Below are positions 56,101-64,000 of a stretch of DNA of 64,000 nt, piece by piece. Location of the stretch: positions 8,320,001 through 8,384,000 of the forward strand of contig CP068257.2 of assembly GCA_009914755.4 (NCBI GenBank), written 5' to 3'. The number at the start of each line of letters is the position of its first letter. The first letter of the stretch is position 1. The notes beneath the pieces were generated by a model, which saw only the letters and a program-made list of their open reading frames with translations, did no database searches and was not told the DNA's origin. This stretch comes from the human T2T-CHM13v2.0 reference genome, Homo sapiens. The translations under genes were made by a program, and so were the position numbers.

Positions 56101-58242
56101 TAAAAACTAAAAAGAAGGTTTCTGAGAAACTTCTTTGTGATGTACGCATTCATCTCACAGAGTTGAACTATTCTTTTGATTGAGCACTTTGGAAACAATC
56201 TTTTTGTAGAATCTGCAAAGGGATATTTTTGAGCTCTTTGAGTCCTAGGGAGAAAAAAGAAATATCATCACATAAAAAGTATAAAGAAGGTTTCTGAGAA
56301 ACAGTTTTGTGATGTGTGCATTCATCTCACAGAGAAAAACGTTTGTTTTCTTTGATCAGTCTGGAAATTCTGTTCCTGTAGTATCTTCTAAGGGATAATT
56401 GTGAGCAGATGGAGGCCTATGGTGAAAAAGGAAATGTCTTCATATAAAAATTAGACAGAAGCCTCCTGCGAAACTTCTTAGTGATTTGTGGATTCATCTC
56501 AGAGTTGAAACTTTCTATTCATTGAGCCATTTGGAAACAGTCATTTTGTAGACTCTGCAAATGGATATTTGGAGCACTTTGAGGCCTATGGTGAAAAATG
56601 AAATATATTCACATAAAAACCAGACTGAAAGTTTCTGAGAAACTTCTTTGAGATGTGTGCATTCATCTCACAAAGTTCAATAATTCTTTTTATTGAGCGA
56701 TTTGGAACAATCTTTTTGTAGAATCTGCAAAGAGATATTTGTGAGGGCTTTGAGGCCTATGGTGAAAAATGAAATACCTTCACAGAAAAACTATAAGGAA
56801 GGTTTCTGAGAAACTTCTTTGTGATGTGTACATTCATCTCACACAGTTCAACCTTTCTTTTGATTGAGCAGTTTGGAAACAGTCTTTTTAAATATTCTTC
56901 AAGTGGATACTTGTGAGCACCTTGAGGCTCATGGGGATAAAGGAAACATTCACATAAAAAATTAATAGAAGCTTTCTGAGAAACCACTTTTTGACATGTG
57001 CATTCATCTCACAGAGTTGAACCTTTGTTTTTATTGAGCCGTTTGGAAACAGTCTTTTTGTAGACTCTGCAAATGGATATTTGGAGCACTTTGAGGCCTA
57101 TCATGAAAAAGGAAACATATTCACATAAAAACTACACTGAAGGATTCTGAGAAACTTCTTTGAGCTGTGTGCATTCATCTGACAGTGTTCAATAATTCTT
57201 TTTATTGAGCGGTTTGGAAACAGTCTTTTTGTAGAATCTGCAAAGGGATATTTGTGAGGTCTTTGAGGCCTATGTTGAAAAATGAAATATCTTCACAGAT
57301 AAACCATAAAGAAAGTTTCTGAGAAACTTCTTTGGATGTGTGCATTCATCACACAGAGTTGAAATATTCTTTTGATTGAGGAGTTTCCAAACAGTCTTTT
57401 TGTAGAATCTGCAGAGGGATATTTGTAGCACTTTGAGGCCTATGGTGAATAAGGAAATATATTCACATAAAAACTAGACAAAAGTTTTCCGAGAAACTTT
57501 TTTTGATGTGTGCATTTATCTCGTAGAGTTTAACATTTGTTTTGATTGAGCAGTTTGGAAACAGTCTTTTTGTAGAATCTGCAAAGGGATATTTAGGAGC
57601 AAGTTGAGGCCTATGGTGGAAAAGGAAATATCTTCACATAAAAACTAGAAAGAAGCATTCTGAGTAGCTGCTTTAAGATATGTGTACTCATCTCACAGAT
57701 GTAAACATTTCTTTTCATTGAGCAGTTTGTAAACTCTGTTATTCTAGAGTCTGCAAGGGATATTTTTGAATGCTTTGAGACCCACGTTGAAAAAGGAAGA
57801 ATCTTCACATAAAAACTAGTGAGAAGCTTGCTGAGAAACTACTTTCTGATGTGTTCAGTCATCTAACAGAGTTGAAACTTTCTTTTGATTGAGCAGTTTG
57901 GAAACAGTCTTTTTGTAGACTCTGCAAAGGTATATTTGGGAGTGCATTGAGGCCTATGTTCAGAAAGGAAATATCTTCAAATAAAACTCAGAAGGAAGTT
58001 TTCTGAGAAACTTCTTTGTGATGTACACATTCGTCTCACAGGGTTGAACCATTCTGTTTATTGAGCAGTTTGGAAACAATCTTTTTGTAGAATCTGCAAA
58101 GGGATATCTGTGAGTGCATTGAGGCATATGGTGAAAAAGGAAATCTCTTCACATTAAAAGTAGAAAGAAGTTTTCTGAGTAACTCATTTGTGACATGTGC
58201 ATTTATCACACAGAAGTAAAAATTTCTTCCCATTAAGCAGTT
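41187..58242 (+). repeat. Alpha-satellite array in conventional orientation, a mosaic of variant families. The standard gcaagtggatatttgg family covers ~41187-46440 and ~49100-53440. A ctgcaaagggatattt / ggtgaaaaagg variant family covers ~46440-49100 and ~53440-58242. Loose 10-11-monomer periodicities occur in places.
   Basis: 171-bp monomers throughout. The variant family is recognised by gaatctgcaaagggatatttgtgagcactttgaggcctatggtgaaaaagg and aaaagtataaagaaggtttctgag. Confidence 0.92.
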
Positions 58243-58247
58243 AGTTT
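58238..58247. other. Second alpha-satellite strand-switch (inversion) junction.
   Basis: Forward text ...cttcccattaagcagtt is followed by agtttttatgtgaagatatttccgttttcaccatagacc, the reverse complement of ggtctatggtgaaaacggaaatatcttcacataaaaact. The two sides are ~75 bp out of monomer phase. Confidence 0.9.
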
Positions 58248-60455
58248 TTATGTGAAGATATTTCCGTTTTCACCATAGACCTCAAACCGCCTACATATAT
58301 CCCTTTGCAGATTCTACAAAAAGAGTGTTTCCAAACTACTCAATCAAAGAAAGCTTCCACTCTGTGAGATGAATGCACACATCACAGAGAAGTTTCTCAG
58401 AAAGTTTCTGTCTAGTTTTTATTTGTTGATACTCCCTTTTTCACCATAGGCCTCAAACCGCTCATTAATAACCCTTTGCAGATTCTACAAAAAGACTGTT
58501 TCCAAACTACTCAATCAAAAGAAAGCTTCAACTCTGTGAGGTGAATGCACACATCACAAAGAAGTTTCTCAGAAAGCTTCTGTCTAGTTTTTATTTGAAG
58601 TTGTTTCCTTTTTCAATATAGGCCTCAAAGTGCTCACAAATGTCCCTTTACAGATTTTACAAAAAGACTGTTACCAAACTGCTCAACTGAAACAAAGCTT
58701 CAACTCTTTGAGATGAATGCACACATCACAAAGAAGTTTCTCAGAAAGCTTCCGTCCAGTTTTTATGTGAAGATATTTCCTTTTTCACCATAAGTCTCAA
58801 AGCATTCAAATTATCACTTTGCAGATTCCACAAAAAGACATTTTCCAACCTGCTCTATCTAAAGAAAGGTTTAACTCTGTGAGAAGAATGCACACATCAA
58901 AAATAAGTTTCTCAGAATGCTTCTGTCTAGTTTGTATCTGAAGACATTTCCTTTTTCACCATAGGCCAAAAAGGGATCCCAAATATCCCTTTGTACATTC
59001 TACAAAGGACCGTTTCCAAACTGCTCAATCCAAAGACAGGTTCAACTTTTGGGATGAATGCACACATCACAACGAAGTTTCTCAGAAAGCTTCTGTCTCG
59101 TTTTTGTGTGAAGATATTACTTTTTTCACCATAGGCTTCAAAGAGCTCACAAATATCGCAAAGCAGATTCTACAAAAAAACTCTATCCAAACTGGTCAAG
59201 GAAAAGAACACTTCAAATCTGTGAGATGAATGTGCACATCTCAAATAATTTTCTCAGAAAGCTTCTGTCTAGTTGTTATGTGAAGATATTTCCGTTTTCA
59301 CCATAGACCTGAAACCGCCTATATATAACCCTTTGCAGATTCTACAAAAAGACTGTTTCCAAATGGCTCAATCAAAGGAAGCTTCTACTCTGTGAGATGA
59401 ATGCACATATCAGAGAGAAGTTTCTCAGAAAGTTTCTGTCTAGTTTTTATTTGTTGATACTCCCTTTTTCACCATAGGCCTCAAACAGCTCATAAATAAC
59501 CCTTTGCAGATTCTACAATAGGACTGTTTCCAAACTGCTCAATCAAATGAAAGTTCAGCTGTGTGAGATGAATGCACACATGAAGAAGAAGTTTCTCAGA
59601 ATGTTTCTGTCTAGTTTTTATGTGAAGACACTTCTTTTTCACCATAAGCCTGAAAGTGTTCCCAAATTTTCCTTTGCAGATTCTATGAAAAGACTGTTTC
59701 CAAACTGCTCAATCAAAAGAAAGGTTCAATTCTGTGTGATGAATGCACACATCACAACGAAGTTTCTCAGAAGGCTTCTGTCTAGATTTTATTTGTGGAT
59801 ATTTCCTTTTTCACAATAGGCCTCAGAAAGCTCACAAATATCACTTTGCATATTCTACAAAAAGGCTGTTTCCAATCTGCTCAATGAAAGAAAATTAAAC
59901 TCTGTGAGATGAATGCATGCATCGCAAAGTGGTTTCTTAGAATGCTTCTGTCTAGTTTTTATATGAAGATATTTCCTTTTTCATCACATGCCTCAAAACA
60001 CTCAAAAACATCCATTTGCAGATTCTCCAAAAAGACTGTTTCCAAACTGCTCAATCAAAAGAAAGATTCAAGTCTTTGAGATGCATACACCCATCACAAA
60101 GAAGTTTCCCAGAAAACATGAGTCTAGTTTTTATATGAAGATATTTCCTTTTTCACCATAAGCATCAAAGCATTCACAAATATCACTTTGCAGGTTCTAC
60201 GAAAAGACTGTTTCCAAACTGGTGAATCAAAAGAAAGTTTCAACTCTGTGAGATGAATGCACACATCACAAAGAAGTTCTTCAGAAAGCTGCTGTCTACA
60301 TTTTATTTTTCGATATGTCCTTTTTCACCATTGGATTCAAAGCACTGAAACATATCACTTCGCAGATTCTACAAAAAGACTGTTTCCAAACTGCTCAATC
60401 AAAAGAAAGGTTCAACTCTGTGAGATGAATGCACACATCACAAAGAAGTTTCTCA
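58243..60455 (-). repeat. Alpha satellite on the complementary strand, of the caaaggg / ggtgaaaa variant family.
   Basis: Monomers read ...tttcaccataggcctcaaa...ccctttgcagattctacaaaaagactgtttccaaactgctcaatcaaaagaaaggttcaactctgtgagatgaatgcacacatcacaaagaagtttctcagaa.... Confidence 0.93.
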
Positions 60456-62033
<1,578 letters not shown>

Positions 62034-64000
62034 GAATGTACACATCACAAAGAAGTTTCTCAGAAAGTTTCTTTCTAGTTTTTATGTGAAGATATTTCCT
62101 TTTTCACCATAGTCCACAAGGTGCACCAAATATCTTTTGCAGATTGTACAAAAAGATTTTTTCCAAACTGCTCAATCAAAAGAAAGGTTCAACTCTGTGA
62201 GATGAAATCACAAATCACAAAGAAGTTACTCAGAATGCCTCCGTCTAGTTTTTAAGTGAAGGTATTTCCTGTTACACCATAGACCTCAAAGGGCTCACAA
62301 ATATCCTTTTGCAGATTCTACAAAAAGACTGTTATAGAACTGCTCAATGAAAAGTAAGTTTCAACTCTGTGAGATGAATTCACACCTAAAAAAGAAGTTT
62401 CTTAGAATGCTTCTGTCTAGTTTTTATGTGAAGATATTTCTTTGTCACCATAGGCCTCAAACCACTAAGAAATATCCCTATGCAGCTGTTACAAAAAGAC
62501 TGTTTCCAAACTGCTCAATGAAAAGAAAGATTCTACTTTGTGAGATGAAAACACACATCACAAAGAATTTTCTCAGAAAGTTTTTAGCTAGCTTATATGT
62601 GAAGATATTTCCTCTTTCAGCATAGGCCTCAATGGGCTCAAAAATATCTCTTTTCAGATACTACAAAAGGCCTCGTTCCAAACTGCTCAATCAGAAGAAA
62701 GTTTCAACTCTGTGAGATGAAAGTACACATCACAAGTAAGTTTCTCAGAATATTTTTCTAGTTTTTATGTGAAGATATTTCCTATTTCACCATAAGCCAT
62801 AAAAGTCTCACAAATATCCCTTTGCAGACTCTACAAAAAGCCTGTTTCCAAACAGCTCAATCAAAACAAAGTTTCAACTCTGTGAGATGAATGGACATAT
62901 CACAAAGAAGTTTCTCAGAAGGCTTCTGCCTAGTTTTTATGTGAAGATATGACTTTTTCACCATAGGCCTCAAACTGCTAAGAAATATCCCTTTGCAGAT
63001 TGTACAAAAAGACTGTTTCCAAACTGCTCAATGAAAAGAAAGATTCTACTTTGTGAGATGAAAACACACATCACAAAGAATTTTCTCAGAAAGTTTTTAG
63101 CTAGCTTATATGTGAAGATATTTCCTCTTTCAGCATAGGCCTCAATGGGCTCAAAAATATCTCTTTTCAGATACTACAAAAGGCCTCGTTCCAAACTGCT
63201 CATTCAGAAGAAAGTTTCAACTCTGTGAGATGAAAGTACACATCACAAGTAAGTTTCTCAGAATATTTTTCTAGTTTTTATGTGAAGATATTTCCTATTT
63301 CACCATAAGCCATAAAAGTCTCACAAATATCCCTTTGCAGACTCTACAAAAAGCCTGTTTCCAAACAGCTCAATCAAAACAAAGTTTCAACTCTATGAGA
63401 TGAATGGACATATCACAAAGAAGTTTCTCAGAAGGCTTCTGCCTAGTTTTTATGTGAAGATATGACTTTTTCACCATAGGCCTCAAACTGCTAAGAAATA
63501 TCCCTTTGCAGATTGTACAAAAAGACTGTTTCCAAATTGCTCAATGAAAAGACAGGCTCAACTCTGTGAGATGAATGTGCATATCGTAAAGAAGTTTCTC
63601 AGAATGCCTCTGTCTAGTTTTTATGTGAAGATATTTCGTTTTTCAGCATAGGCCTTAAATGGCTCCCAAATATCCCTCTGCAGATACTACAAAAAGACTA
63701 CTTGAAAACTGTTCAATCAAAGGAATGCTTCATCTCTGTGAAATGAATGCACATATCACAAAGAAGTTTCTCAGAATGCTTCTGTCTAGTTTTTATGTGA
63801 AGATATTTCCTTTTTCACCACAGGCCTCAAAATGCTCCAAATATCCATTTGCAGATTCTACAAAAAGACTGTTTCCAAACAGCTACATGAAGAGAAAGGT
63901 TCAATTCTGTGAGATAAATGCACACATGGAAAAGAAGTTTCTCAGAATGCTTCTGTCTGGTTTTTATCTGACATAATTATTTTTCACCATAGGCCTCAAA
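62034..64000 (-). repeat. Alpha satellite on the complementary strand, the same variant family as 58243-60455. It continues to the window edge.
   Basis: Monomers resume at gaatgtacacatcacaaagaagtttctcagaaagtttctttctagtttttatgtgaagatatttcctttttcaccatag. Confidence 0.93.

Overview
This window is not prokaryotic. It is primate, almost certainly human or hominoid, centromeric/pericentromeric alpha-satellite DNA. It contains roughly 325 tandem ~171-bp monomers, AT-rich, each carrying the conserved core ...cattctgagaaacttctttgtgatgtgtgcattcaactcacagagttgaac...ctttttgtagaatctgcaagtggatatttggag...ctatggtggaaaaggaaatatcttcacataaaaactacacagaag.... Nearly every monomer has the pJalpha-type motif ttccttttccaccatag (read on the complementary strand). 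I found no CENP-B box (nTTCGnnnnAnnCGGGn) anywhere, which argues for diverged monomeric or degenerate higher-order satellite rather than a homogeneous active-centromere HOR array.

Three LINE-1 insertions interrupt the array:
- A full-length ~6.04-kb L1PA-type element on the + strand at ~21606-27645, with 5'UTR, an ORF1 carrying three nonsense codons, and an ORF2 with a lost ATG, multiple stops and an RT active site reading FADY instead of FADD.
- A 5'-truncated ~520-bp L1 3' end on the - strand at ~40664-41186.
- A twin-priming-type L1 at ~60456-62033, with a 1.07-kb ORF2 segment inverted on the - strand joined to a 0.5-kb + strand 3' end.

The satellite switches strand twice, at ~19643/19644 and ~58242/58243. 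The first inverted block (1.96 kb) ends exactly at the 5' end of the full-length L1, and that L1 has no target-site duplication.

The array is a mosaic of sub-families with breaks near 12750, 46440, 49100 and 53440. It also carries several very recent ~340-bp (two-monomer) tandem duplications and loose 10-13-monomer periodicities.

I see no cellular protein-coding genes, RNA genes, CRISPR array or defence system. The many 60-150-aa ORFs in the six-frame track are satellite artefacts, because 171 is divisible by 3 and an open frame therefore propagates across monomers.

All coordinates are from reading the sequence by eye. Monomer counts and identity figures are approximate.
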